Shown here piece by piece: positions 1 to 13,663 of a DNA stretch of 64,000 nt; positions within the stretch are counted from its first letter, which is position 1, and every line of letters starts with the position of its first letter. Made by a program: the position numbers and the translations under genes. The notes beneath the pieces were generated by a model, which made no database searches, had not been told where the DNA came from, and was given only the letters and a program-made list of their open reading frames with translations. The DNA comes from Eledone cirrhosa (lineage: Eukaryota), in NCBI GenBank assembly GCA_964016885.1, contig OZ024752.1, positions 33,108,001 to 33,172,000 on the forward strand, written 5' to 3'.

Positions 1-299
1 TACTTCTGTGTCATTATTCGCTTGCACATGCTTGACATTCTAAAAGGACATTCATTTAACGCTATTTCTACAACATTCACTTACTTACACATTTGACCTT
101 ACAAAGAAGACCACATACTAACACAACTTTTATTAATGTTGTATATATTGAAACTTAGTGATCGTCTAGGCATATATTACTGTACAAACACGTACGTTAT
201 TTTTCGCTATACTCATTGATATTTCAACACATGTATTCACAGCAGTTTAACGTGCTATTTAACTATTTCGAATTCCTGCACCAATTCTAGATTTCCAAC

Positions 300-750
300 C
301 ACACCAAGATCAGACTCTTCCAAGTAATAATTCAACCAATCTTGCTATATGGAAGTGAAACATGGACGCTTTCATCCAAACAACAAAAGCACCTTGATGG
401 CACCTACACTCGCCTGCTTCAACGCATTCAGAACATAAGCTGGCGACATCTGACTATAAAAGAAATATAGGCTGGCCTCCCACACATATCTGTCGTTGTA
501 CGTAAACGGAGAGTAAGATTTGCTGGCCACTGCCATCGTGTCAACTATGAGGCTGTGTTCCTATTACTCCTTTTTTGGAAACCACAATCAGTCACTAATA
601 ACAGGGGGCGCGATCTCTCCTACCCCTATATCATCTCCAGAGATTCTGGTATTGAAATCCAGGACTTGGCAACGGCAATGAATGACAGACCCACGTAGAG
701 ATCAATTGTTGAGTCGATTTCGGCTGAGGCCACCGGATGATAATGATGAG
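300..750 (+). mobile_element. Decayed 3' fragment of a second RTE-type LINE family
   Basis: Translates to PILLYGSETWTL...RRVRFAGHCHR..., with stops, and ends in GATGATAATGATGA. Confidence 0.8.
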
Positions 751-1011
751 ATTGAGAAAGGTATACACTTCTAGCGGCACATAGAAAATAAAATAAGATT
801 TATATAAACGATGTATTGCCGTTGTTCTCTAGCATTCTTTTATTTTCAACATTCACGCAAATTTGGAAGAATATCTACATTACTTACTTACTTAATCCCG
901 TAACTCTGGATAAAGTCGCAGAGACCCCGTATTGACATACTGCGTTTCTAGGGCATTTTTTAACCTAACGGAGCAGATCTTCTATGGATGATAAGTAGGA
1001 GGGCCGAGAGG

Positions 1012-1392
1012 GTATATGAGTCTGCTCTCGACTGCACGGACACTTCCCAGGTTTGAGTGGATGTATCAGTCTTCTCGCGACTGCACGGACACTTCCCAGA
1101 GTTGAGTGGATATATCAGTCTTCTCGCGACTGCACGGACACTTCCCAGAGTTGAGTGGATGTATCAGTCTTCTCGCGACTGCATGGACACCTCCCAGGGT
1201 CGAGAGGGCGCATCAGTCTTCTCGCGACTGCGCGGGCACCTCCGAATGTCGAGAGAATGTATCAGTCTTCTCGCGATTGCGCGGGCATCTCCTAGGGTCG
1301 AAAGGTTGAATCAGCCTTCTTGCGACTGCACGGGCACCTCCCAGGGTCGAGAAGGTGTATCAGTTTTCTCGCGACTATACGGGTACCTCCCA
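1012..1392. repeat. 49-bp GC-rich tandem repeat, about 7-8 diverging copies
   Basis: Unit GTATCAGTCTTCTCGCGACTGCACGGACACTTCCCAGAGTTGAGTGGAT. Confidence 0.85.
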
Positions 1393-1562
1393 TTCACTAT
1401 ATTATACCCGGGAGCCTCTACATGGCAATTCGACATACTAGAAATAGGAACCAAATGTCTCTCAAGTCACATCCTTCTGTCTTAAATACATTTGAAAACA
1501 AATTACATCAGTTTGCTGACTTTGCGATAATGCTTTAGCAATAATATTAATGTGTTAATAAA

Positions 1563-2168
1563 GGGCGGTGGATTGGCAGTATCGGTAGAGGGTCGGACGC
1601 CATGGTAGGGCGGTGTATTGGCAGTATCGGTAGAGGGTCGGACGCCATGGTAGGGTGGTGGATTGGCAGTATCGGTAGAGGGTCGGACGCCATGGTAGGG
1701 TGGTGGGTTGGCAGTATCGGTAGAGGGTCGGACGCCATGGTAGGGTGGTGGATTGGCAGTATCGGTAGAGGGTCGGACGCCATGGTAGGGTGGTGGGTTG
1801 GCAGTATCGGTAGAGGGTCGGACGCCATGGTAGGGTGGTGGATTGGCAGTATCGGTAGAGGGTCGGACGCCATGGTAGGGTGGTGGATTGGCAGTATCGG
1901 TAGAGGGTCGGACGCCATGGTAGGGCGGTGTATTGGCAGTATCGGTAGAGGGTCGGACGCCATGGTAGGGTGGTGGATTGGCAGTATCGGTAGAAGGTTG
2001 GACGCCATGGTAGGGTGGTGGATTGAGCATAGAGTTACGTCCCTTTTACGATCTGAGTTCAAATCCAGCCGAGGTTCACTTTGCCTTTCATCCTTACGGG
2101 ATCGATAAAATAAAGTACCAGTAATGTACTGGGATTATTGCTGGCCTTGTGCCTAAAGTAGAAACAAT
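1563..2168 (+). mobile_element. SINE family A copy whose 45-bp head is amplified about 10 times
   Basis: 17-bp target duplication ATTAATGTGTTAATAAA (1546-1562, 2167-2183); B box GAGTTCAAATCC; core GCCTTTCATCCTTACGGGATCGATAAAAT. Confidence 0.9.
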
Positions 2169-2726
2169 TAATGTGTTAATAAATGACAATCATGCCACTA
2201 CTATCGAAGTTTATCCCTAGAGGCAAACTATTGCCAAACAATACTACCAACCATTCCTGTCTGTTAGTGCTTCAATCCTAGACTCAATATTCTATAATAT
2301 ATGCGAATGTCATTACAAAATGTTAATTATTTATATTAATCAAAATATTTTGAGTTTAAAATTAATCTTAAGGCAACATTGAATTTAGGAAGAAATATTT
2401 TAAAATATTAACGTTCACGTGTGTTGCATGGACAATTGGGTTTTCATAAAACCATCTGAATAGAAGTATTTTAAAACATGGTAAAGAAGATTTCATTTCT
2501 CTACAGATTTCACTGACTGGCGAAAACTATCATTAATATTGATTAATATTGATTTTCAAATATAAAGCGTATTGTAGCCCAAAATAAGAATATAATAGCG
2601 TACAGTCAAAAGCAGGGCCGGGCTTTCACCCGGTGAAGCCCAAGGCTACATAAAATTTGAGGCCTTTCTCTTAACAAATTCGGTAATAATTATTATTTTC
2701 TATATTAATGTTAAAGATAAAGAATA

Positions 2727-2776
<50 letters not shown>

Positions 2777-3056
2777 AAACATAAATTATCGAGATTCGCA
2801 TTTCGGCCCACGAAATAGCGAAAAACAACCTCTGAGATGTGCGGCAAGTGCTCAATGATTCAGATGAACCAGAGCTAAAACAAACGTTAAAGGCCAAACA
2901 CACTGAGACGAGGGTTAAACAATCATTCGCATAGCCCCCAAAAAAACGATCAAGTAATTCGGGTATTGAAAATTTACCCGGACCCCTGGAAGGTTGGTAA
3001 AATCCAGTATATGGGTTTCTGCTGCTCCTAAATCAAGTACCGTCCGCTTACATAAA

Positions 3057-3243
3057 TAATTGTTTCTACTTTAGGCACAAGGCCAGCAATAACCAGTGCA
3101 TTACTGGTACTTTTATTTTATCGACCCCGTAAGGATGAAAGGCAAAGTCAACCTCGGCGGGATTTGAACTCAGATCGTAAAGGGACGTAACTATGCTGCA
3201 AAGCATGGCGTCCGACCTTCTACCGATACTGCCAATCCACCGC
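3057..3243 (-). mobile_element. SINE family A (tRNA-like head, Nin/Deu-like core). Other copies near 5104, 6910, 7338, 8005, 8700, 10718, 11060, 13710, 13886, 14195, 14401, 16555, 23567, 23774, 24455, 24659, 30253, 30876, 45407, 49684, 50240, 52260
   Basis: Recurrent about 190-210 bp unit with A/B-box-like motifs; this copy is flanked by CTTACATAAATAAT direct repeats; core assignment from memory. Confidence 0.88.
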
Positions 3244-3501
3244 TTACATAAATAATGTCAAGCTTCTGGTAAGATGATTGAACAAGGAAGCCACTTTCTC
3301 AACAGGTTTTAGTTCAATGTTAATACAAGGACTGACTATTGCTGACCCCACGTGGGGATCGGCAAGGGAGGCAACCCCTATATTAGGCGAATGAATTCAG
3401 TTGTGTATATTTTTGCAAGGATGCAAAAACATCACAAATCGAATAGAGTTCTCAACAGAAGGGTTAAAATTAACATAAGCTATTCATCAGTCAATAGAAT
3501 C

Positions 3502-3585
<84 letters not shown>

Positions 3586-3638
3586 TATTCTTTATCTTTA
3601 ACATTAATATAGAAAATAATAATTATTACCGAATTTGT

Positions 3639-3673
<35 letters not shown>

Positions 3674-3933
3674 GGAAAAGTATGACCCCAACGGCAGAGC
3701 TCAAGCCGTTTCAACGGCTATTTCTATAGCTCTGCCGTCGGGGTCATACTTTTTCCTATTACCCACTCTACTACCCTAAGTATTGAGTACTCTGGTGCCT
3801 TATGATCCACCTGGTTCCTTACTACAACTCCTTCGTTTTATATATATAAATACAAGGTATTAATAATGCATTCAAGAACCTAACAGTTTTATAGTTTTTG
3901 TTATTAAAGGCACGTATTCTCCATTATTAGAAG

Positions 3934-4115
<182 letters not shown>

Positions 4116-5281
4116 GGGGGGGGGCGTGCGTGCCTGTATAAATTACCTTCTATATTTACATATCCAGGGATTATTTTTTTCGAAATACGGAATTACAATC
4201 ATATAAATTTATATCTAACACGCGTAAGTTATATCGTGTTACAGTAGAAATTAACCGTAGAAATCTATACACATACTTCTCTCTATAGTAACTCAAATAC
4301 AGCTCAGTAAACTAAACTTAACTGTTGAAATTTAAGTCTATGCACCATAGATACATTGCAGGGATGGGGACGAGACAGAAATCGTAAATACTTTGATCTA
4401 TATCTCCTCACGCTTCTAATTCGGCCAGTTGAAATATTTCTTTGAGAAAGTTACTACGAACAATATTATGAATTCTACAAGAGATTTTTATCTACGAAGT
4501 ACTTGTCTTCGTGAGCAATCATTTCCCAAAATAAAACAATGTATTGAATTTTAAACATTTTCCATAATTAATCAATAATCTCTTGAAAGATTCGTTAAAA
4601 GATTTCTATTTCCAATTTGACACGGAACGTTGATAAACATCAAAAAGCAGCCACACTGTTCTCATTAAGTATTATGTATTTAAGGTAATCTCCTTAATAA
4701 TTCAGATTCCTTTCGTTTTTTAAATTTTATTTCGTTGTAATTCTCACATTTATTTCTCATGTTTTGTTAAAGAAAAAGACAAAGAAACGATTAAATAACG
4801 AATGTAAGAGAAATGGAGAAGTGAGTGACAGGTTATACACCCCAGTCTAGGCGGTATGTGTTAGCTGCGCTCTGCAGACAAAATGGCGAAGATGTTACCA
4901 CAGAAAAACAGCCAGCGACTCCCGTTGCATCAGCCACTACACATCATGGTACTATTTCTTCAGATGAGATGTATTCTTTCCAATTTTGCGGAGGAAAATG
5001 GCAGTTCGAGGACGTAGAACATGAACGATCTCGACGGTGACCGCACGAAAAGGAAGCGGTTGGTCAAGTCCCGGTATTTGCCTATTTTTCTCTCCCTGTT
5101 ACAGGCGGATGTGTCTGTTTTAGTAGCATAGAGTTACGGCCCTTTACAATATGAGTTCAAATCCCGCCGAGGTTAACTTTGCCTTTCATCCTTATGGGGT
5201 CGATAAAATAAAGTACCAGTAATGTACTGGGATGATTGCTGGCCACTGAAACCTAGTTTCAATTAACAGTTTTATCACCAA

Positions 5282-5938
5282 CTAGCAGTGTATCCCGGCG
5301 TTGCACGGGTAAGAACATTGGTAATAGCACCTCCAATGAGAAACGTTTATTTGTGAGTGTCTGTTACGAAAATATACCGACAGGAAACTTGTTTTATTTG
5401 GAAAAAATTAAGAAGTTGAAAGTACAGTTTAGCTGTCTACATGCATTGTTCATAGAAATATTCTTTTCATACTCATCTGTTTTGGCCTTTTGGTGTAAAT
5501 GTGAAAGAGAAAGTCACAGGTTAAGTTGCAGACGGTTCCAGCGTGATAGCAGATATGTATATGTGTATATATGTGTGTGTGTATATGTATATATATATGT
5601 GTTTATATAAGTATATATGTATATATATATATATGTGCGTGTGTGTGTGTGTGTGAATGTAGCGAAGATAATACGTCAGCAATGACGTGTTCATCAGAAT
5701 GTCGTAATGCAGACAGACATACAGACAGATATTATAAGGGCTCGACGGAGATCGATAACTGGCGCCTAACACCCCTTTAACAACAGAAAATTGAAAAATA
5801 AAAGCTGCAGTTAATATCTTTAGACGGCAAGGAATATATAAATGCAAGTTTGAAGTCAATCGGAGCAGAAATGTGGATTTGTATACACTTCGCAAAAATG
5901 AGGACACACAGACAACTACAGTTTTATATATATATAGA
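5282..5938 (-). mobile_element. Non-autonomous Helitron-like element
   Basis: Minus strand starts TCTATATATATATAAAAC and ends with hairpin CCCGTGCAACGCCGGG followed by CTAG|T. Confidence 0.7.
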
Positions 5939-6480
5939 CTAGCAGAAAGCCACCCGGTGGGCGGTTTTCTGCTAGCAAATCTAGTGTATTTACTGATATT
6001 GTTGAGATTTGGATGAGAAATGTTTTCGGCACCACATGTTCACCGTCTCTCGGTGTGTCTTTTATGCATGTATAAATATATATGTTATCTATACGGTGAA
6101 ATCTTTGAAATAAATATATGTTAAAACGAAAAAGGAGAAAAGGAGATTAGTGACGGAAATATAAACGTTATGATACATAAACGTTATGATATAACGATGG
6201 AAATATATCTTCAAATGGTCCTTGGCATGGTGTCAAGTCAGAACCGCCTCGAACTGGTTACTTCTGGCTTGTGAAAGGTGTCTCTATAGCGATTCCCTCG
6301 GCCTCAGTGACCAAAGTCAGTGGAGAGGGGAAGGTAATGTTTCTATAGCGACAGTGTTTCTCTTGGTAGTACCAAAGTGGAGAAAGGAAGGGGAAGGTAA
6401 TATTTCTGTAGCACCTACATTTGAGTTTTAGGGAAGGACAGACAGACAGACAGACAAACAGAGAAATGCCCATATATTTC

Positions 6481-6541
<61 letters not shown>

Positions 6542-6706
6542 AGATCAAAAGATGGTTAAAGGAGTTCCATGTATTTTATTATGCGCATTTCAAAAACAAA
6601 CATCATCATGCAATAATATTTGTGTTTTCATCAGATAAAACAGGAGAACATGATATGAAGGCTAAAAAACACTTGTGGATAGTGCAGTTTTAAATCAACA
6701 TATGTG

Positions 6707-6771
<65 letters not shown>

Positions 6772-7648
6772 GAAATGTATATATATTTCTTAGAACAAAA
6801 TTATTATTAATGTTTTGCTGTTCATAAAAATTGGAATTGAAAAATTACTTTTGAAATTATTAGTTATTTTACTAATGCTTAGATATGTAAAAATGAAGCA
6901 ATGTTTCTAATAATTGTTTCTACTTTTGGCACAAGGCCAGCAATTACCCAGTACATTACTGGTACTTTATTTTATCGACCCCGTGAGGATGAAAGGCAAA
7001 GTTAACCTCGGCGGTATTTGAACTCAGACCGTAAAGGGACGTAACTCCATGCTATGAAGCATGGTGTCCGACTCTCTACGGATTCTGCCAATCCACCGCC
7101 CTAATGTCTGTACGTAATGAGGGAGTGAGAGGGGAGAGAAAGAAAGGCAGAGGGGAGGAATGTTAGTGTGTTACAAAGAGAAAGAGTGAGAGTGAGAGAA
7201 ACAGACAGACTAAAAGAGAGAGATAGCTGGAGAGAGAGAGAGAGAGAGAGAGATAACAACCACGCGCGCACGTGTTTCCACTGTCGGACAGACAGACAGA
7301 GAAATTGCTGGTTATATATTATAAGGAGATATTAAAGACGTGGATAGTATTAGTATCGGTAGAGCGTCAGACACCATGCTTCCCAGCATATGGCTCTTTA
7401 TGATCTGAGTTCAAATCCCGCCGGGGTTAACTTTGCCTTTCCACCTTACGGGGGTCGATAAAATAAAGTACCAGTAATGGACTGGGATAATTGTTGGCCT
7501 TGTGCCAAAAGTAGAAACAATTATAATAGGTTTACTTTACTAAACCAAACATACTTTATATAGATGTGTTGATTGTAGTCAGAAGTCGCCTTTGTGATTT
7601 CCATTAAGAAAAATAAAACAATACAGAATTATTGTAAACTACATAAAG

Positions 7649-7938
7649 CAGTGGTTTCCAAACGTTTTTTGTTTTTTTTACTCGCGATGTATTTTTGAAA
7701 AAGTAAAATATGTTGGCGCTCTTCGAAAATTTATTCAAAAGAGTTTTTCATAAAAGAGTTTAGCATAACATAGAGTTGAAAGGCTCTACCCCACCCTGTT
7801 CTTCTCTTTGATAGCTATATATGAATTTTCATACGAATTTCAGTTTGTATTTTTCACATCTTAAAACTTAATCTTGGTCTTTTGCACATCTTTTGCACAT
7901 CTAGATACATCTCGCGGCGCTCGGTTTGGGAGCCACTG
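7649..7938. mobile_element. hAT-like MITE
   Basis: Terminal inverted repeats CAGTGGTTTCCAAAC / GTTTGGGAGCCACTG; imperfect 8-bp flanks ACATAAAG / ATATATAG. Confidence 0.55.
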
Positions 7939-9202
7939 ATATATAGAAATAGAGAAGTGAATATTTTCGTTGTTGAATTGTCTTTTTTTTTTAAATCTCT
8001 AATTAATAGTTTCTACTTTAGGTACAAGGCCAGCAATTTGAAGGGGAGTGGAAAGTCGATTAAATCGACCCCAGTTCATTACTGGTGCTTTATTTTATCG
8101 ACTCCGTAAGGATGAAAGGCAGCGCTAACCTCGGCGGGATTTTAACTCAGAACTTAAAAAATCATAACTATGCTGAAAAGCATGATGTCCGCCGCTCTAC
8201 CGATTGTGCCAGTCCACTACTTTTTTTTATTTCTAATTAATCAAAGCGAGATATCGAAACATAGATTGTTGTGCTAATAAGTAATGTCACTTTGGACTGA
8301 TGTGATTAATGCTGAGGTTTCCTTACTGAACAGCGGGCCATTTCTCTTCGATATTATTAAATTATTAAATTTATATGAATAGAGGTAAATTAGCTGTCTA
8401 TATTTATTACTAAAGAAACTATTAATACACGAGTCGATATAAAAAGCGAAATAGTGAACCAGAAGTCGGAACCAATAACGAAGCTATTCTAACACATTTT
8501 TCCAGTTTATTAATTCCTACATTATATTCAGCTATTAATACAATGGAATATCTTGATCAATTTTAGCTTCAAACGATAAGATTGCAATTTCAGCAAAATA
8601 TTATATTCATTTTAAATAATACTAGGGTTGGTTGAAAAGTTCAGTGTTAAATGGAAATTATATTTTAGATATTATAGCCTAGACATTAAATAAATTACAG
8701 CCGACAGATTGACCGAGTCGTTAGAACGTCAGATTGAATGAGTTGCGGTATTCGTTTCGGCTCTCTGAGTTCAAATCCCACCAGCTCTCTGCTCTTTGAG
8801 TTCAAATCCCATCGAAGTCAACTTTGTCTTTTATCCATTCTCAGTCGATAAAAATAGTACCAGTTTAATGCTGGGGGTCAACTCTTACTTTCGGTATCTT
8901 TCTTACTACTACTACTACTATTCTCTCTCTCTATCTATCAATCTCCTTCTCTGGAAGAAATCTACTGTATTTAGACCTCGAGAAGGATGGGCTCCGCCAG
9001 GTTTTAAATGTTCAAGAAACACTGTATGCCACTACGACTCCATCAAGAGTTACGGGACCATATATGCATGCATCATATAAATTAATGATTTTCTTCTTGG
9101 ACTTATTACAGTCACTCACTAGTGACAAGTACATAGTTCCATTCTGTGTGTATTATAGAATATCGACTAGCAGAAAACCACCCGGGGGCGGTTTTCTGCT
9201 AG

Positions 9203-9700
9203 TCTATATATCTAAAACAGAGAATGTCTGTCTGTCAGCTCACTAAAACTTGAGAACCATCCAACCGATTGTTTTCAAACTTTAGACATGTAATACTTAT
9301 GGTCCTGTGAGTGTTTTGAGCAAAAATTATTTCAAATTTTCAATGCCCTACGGACCGCATTAGGCGATTTAGCGTTCTCTCTATATAATTCTTAGTCTTT
9401 CTTTTTAGATAGATACATAGATATAACGTTGCGCCCTTATAATATCTGTCTGTATGTCTGGCTGTCTGCATTACGTCATTATGACGCGCTCAGCGCGATT
9501 CCCTCGGCCTCAGTGACCAAAGTCAGTGGAGAGGGGAAGGTAATGTTTCTGTAGCACGTGTTTTAGCGTCTATTCACTCTCTCTCTCTCCCTCCCGCTAT
9601 CCCCCTCTCGTAGTCTGTCTCTTTCTTTCACTCTCACTCTCTCTCTACGCACGTGTTTCCACTGTCGGACAGACAGACAGAGCAATTGCTGGTTATGTAA
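9203..9700 (+). mobile_element. Helitron-like 5' fragment
   Basis: Starts TCTATATATCTAAAAC..TGTCTGTCTGTC and shares segments with 5690-5740, 6288-6350 and 7265-7315; right boundary uncertain. Confidence 0.5.
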
Positions 9701-9827
9701 ATAAGTAGATTTATTTGGAAGCTTTTCTTAAATGTGCCGAAGAAGTAGGAATCACGCCCAGCTCTAAAAAATTGTAAACTCAGTGCCAGAGTTGTCATGT
9801 TGTGGTCATATTTATAGAAAAATAAGA

Positions 9828-10378
9828 TGATGCTAGAGCTGGGAAATCTTGCATGCACTAATTTTAACTCTTCTTATCAACAACTGCATTGCTTCTTTCC
9901 AGGGACTAAGTTGAAAAATAAACTTTATTTGGTCATTCCATGAGAGTATCTTGGTCAGCCTATGTAGGAGTGATGCTAGAGCTATGAAATCTTGCATGCA
10001 TTAATTTCAACTCTTCTTATTAATAACTGCATTGTTTTTTCCAGGGACTATGTTGAAAAATAAACTTCATTTGGTCATTCCATGAGAGTGTCTTGGTCAG
10101 CCTATGATAGAGTGATGTTAGTGCTGTGAAATCTTGCATGCATTAATTTCAACCAACTCTTCTCATTAATAATTGCATTTTTTTCTTTCCAGGGGCTATG
10201 TTGAAAAATAAACCTCATTTGGTCATTCCATGAGAGTATCTTGATCAGCCTATGAAGGTGTGATGCTAGAAGCTGTGAAATTTTGCGCGCATTAATTTCA
10301 ACTCTTCTTTCCAGGGACTATGTTGAAATATAAACCTCATTTGGTCATTCCATGAGAGCATCTTGGTCAGCCTATGAA
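9828..10378. repeat. About 142-bp tandem repeat, 4 copies
   Basis: Recurring TTTGGTCATTCCATGAGAGTATCTTGGTCAGCCTATG. Confidence 0.85.
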
Positions 10379-12657
10379 CCTTTCAGCCGACCCTCATATA
10401 ACGTCTTCACTCAACATTCCACAACAGCTTCACTCACTATTGTTTTGACAATACCTGGAATGTCATGCTATATTTTTAATTAGGTGTTACAGGTTGTAGT
10501 TATAATTTGAAAAAGTAATCTATTTTAATTAAATTGACAAAAATGTCTAATCTTATTGTCAAAAGTAAATTTTCATTTCTCTTCTGAGGTTTAATTTTTT
10601 TCGCTCCAAGTTCCGTCTATTCGTTATGTTTTCCAAAATCTTCTTTCGAAATACCAGATATTCCACGTGTTATTGAAAATTACAATGAATGAACATTCAA
10701 TATTGTATCTGTTTCCAGGGCGGTGTATTGGCAGTATCAGAGGAAGGTCGGATAACATGTTTTATGGCATAGAGTTACGGCCTTTTACTGTCTGAGTTCT
10801 AATCCTGCCGAGGTTAGCTTTGCCTTTCATCCTTACGAGCTCGATAAAATAAAATACCAGTAATGCACTGGTGTGGATTTAATCGACTTTGCCCTCCCAC
10901 AAAAAATTTTCAGTCTTGTGCCTAAATCAGAAACCAATGGTGTATCTGTTTCTAGAAAACTATACATGAATATAAATGTATTTTTTTCTAAGTACCTCTT
11001 CCTGACTCTAGAATAATTACCCCAAACATTTGAGTTTCTGAATCAATATAGATAGTAAGATGGCGAATTGGCAGAGTCATTACAGCGCCGAATAGAATGT
11101 TTTGCAGTATTCGTTTCGGCTCTCTGAGTTCAAATCCCGCTGAGGTCAACCTTGCCTTTCATCCACTCGAGATCAATAAAACCAGTAGGTTCGATTCTCT
11201 CTCTCTATATATATATAGAGAGAGAGAGATTACAATAATCAAAGTTCAGTTTAAGTCATTTATTTGCTTACAATTGTTTCCTCCAAACCGAGGTTTGGAT
11301 TCTTCGGAGCAACTATTTACCGATCTATAACATACTTGACCTCCTTTTCAACCCAAGAGACACATAAAACATATGCGCATATTGATCAACAGTGGAGTGA
11401 CATTCATCAAATGATATAGCATGGCAATTTACATATAAAGGTTACAGGATAAAAATAAAATAAAAACAAGAATGAAAATAAAGATAAACATGAAGCGTTG
11501 GCAGTCTATGAAGATAAAGCAAGAGGAAAGTTTAGAGTAGTCAGTGTATGAAACAGTCTCACGTGTAGCATGCACGCGTGTCTTATTTATACATGATTAG
11601 AGTGCGTCAGAATGATATTTGCAGGGTCAGGCAGTTGAAGCAGGCAATCGATCTTATTATGTGGGCTGGATTATTAAGTCATTTATTCTCATACATCTGT
11701 ATGATATACAGTCTCGGATGCAGGGAAACACCAAAATATCAAAAACTTTCCACATACTATAAACCTTATTGTATCGTAGGCAAAGCCGTACCACTGTCTT
11801 CGCTCACACCACCAATCACATAATCCATGAGACGCAATATATATAGAGAACACTTGTCTATCGTATAATTCGCGGTGGTTCAGCATATAATCAAGCTATA
11901 AACCGTATCCGGTCGGTTCTTAATTAATAGATCATGCTGTCCAGATTCCGGAAGTGTCTGAAAGACTAAGGGGAATTAATGCGTAAGGGGAGGTAACTAG
12001 CTAGTTATCTTAGTTAAATTATTATCTTAAACTACATTAATGGTGATTCAAATACGTGCCTATCATGTGAAGTTATAACTAATTTCTAGAGTATGTTACC
12101 CATTTATAGGTTAGAGAGTTGTCCATTAAGAAGTACAAGGGTGTATATAATAGGATGACTACCATCCATTAAGGGGTGTCATATCTGAACGTTCTATAAG
12201 AGGAGTCAGACTCTCAAGTCACTGTTCCATGCAAATGTAATATAACAGTAGGACCTGGTATGGTCCCACTATTATATATGCCACCCGGTAGGCTCCGGGT
12301 CATTGCATGTCTGAATCTCCAGTAAATCTTCGGTATGGTCCGGAGATCCAATTTCTCATATAAAGGCACTAGTCTGGTCATCAAGCAATAGACAACCCCC
12401 GTCTCATATAAAAATCAATTAAGTATCACATCTACAAGCCAGAGTGGAGTCTATTAATAGGTACTAAAGGAGTTCACATCAAGATGATTACATATAACTG
12501 CTCTGTAAAACAACTGATGTTATTACATTGAGCTATTTATCTTACTGGTAATAGGATAGTAATTAATGACTATCTTTCACTATTTAGGGTTTGTGTATAT
12601 ATAATATATTACCATTAAAGGTTTTATTGCATACATAACCATAAATAGTACCCTTAA

Positions 12658-12695
<38 letters not shown>

Positions 12696-12822
12696 ACGGC
12701 TATTTCTGGCGTCCAGAAATAGACGTCGAAACGGCTTGAGCTCTGCCGTCGGGATTAAACATTTTCCTATATATATATCACTTCCATTCTCTCACTCTCT
12801 CGATCGATCGATCGATCGATCG

Positions 12823-12894
<72 letters not shown>

Positions 12895-12900
12895 GAAGTG

Positions 12901-12936
<36 letters not shown>

Positions 12937-13146
12937 TGGAAGTGATATATATATATAGGAAAATGTTTAACCCCGACGGCAGAGCTCAAGCCGTTTCGAC
13001 GTCTATTTCTGGACGCCAGAAGTAGCCGTCGAAACGGCTTGAGCTCTGCCGTCGGGGTTAAACATTTTCCTATTACTCACTCTACTACCCTAAGTATTGA
13101 GTAATCTGGTGCGTTATGGTCCATCTGGTTCCTTCGTTATATATAT

Positions 13147-13186
<40 letters not shown>

Positions 13187-13403
13187 GATATTAAACAAAT
13201 GGAGACTATATTTATAAAACCATATTTATTTCGTTATATATATTTCTGGGATATCATATTAAAAATATGGTATGCCTTCCTCAGACAAAATACAATATAT
13301 AAGCTGTTTTATAAATAATTTTGACATACCTTAGAATAATGCAACTTCCGTTTAAAAAGTTGATTTGGTAGTCAAAATTATTTATAAAACAGCTTATATA
13401 TTG

Positions 13404-13469
13404 TATTTTGTCTGAGGAAGGCATACCATATTTTTAATATGATATCCCAGAAATATATATAACGAAATA
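13404..13469 (+). ncRNA. Type I hammerhead motif, family 3; mirror copy 13227-13292 (-)
   Basis: TATTTTGT-CTGAGGA-stem II-GAAA-TATATA-TA-ACGAAATA. Confidence 0.72.
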
Positions 13470-13597
13470 AATATGGTTTTATAAATATAGTCTCCATTTG
13501 TTTAATATCGTAAACCTACTCCAAAAACTGTTGAGTGCTTTTATATCAGTTATAAAATATTTTCTCGTTGTAACCCAACAATTTTAAATAAATCTTT

Positions 13598-13663
<66 letters not shown>

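Noticed and set aside
1503-2108. Three overlapping 168-175 aa repetitive ORFs
   Set aside because: Artefact of a stop-free 45-bp SINE-head tandem repeat
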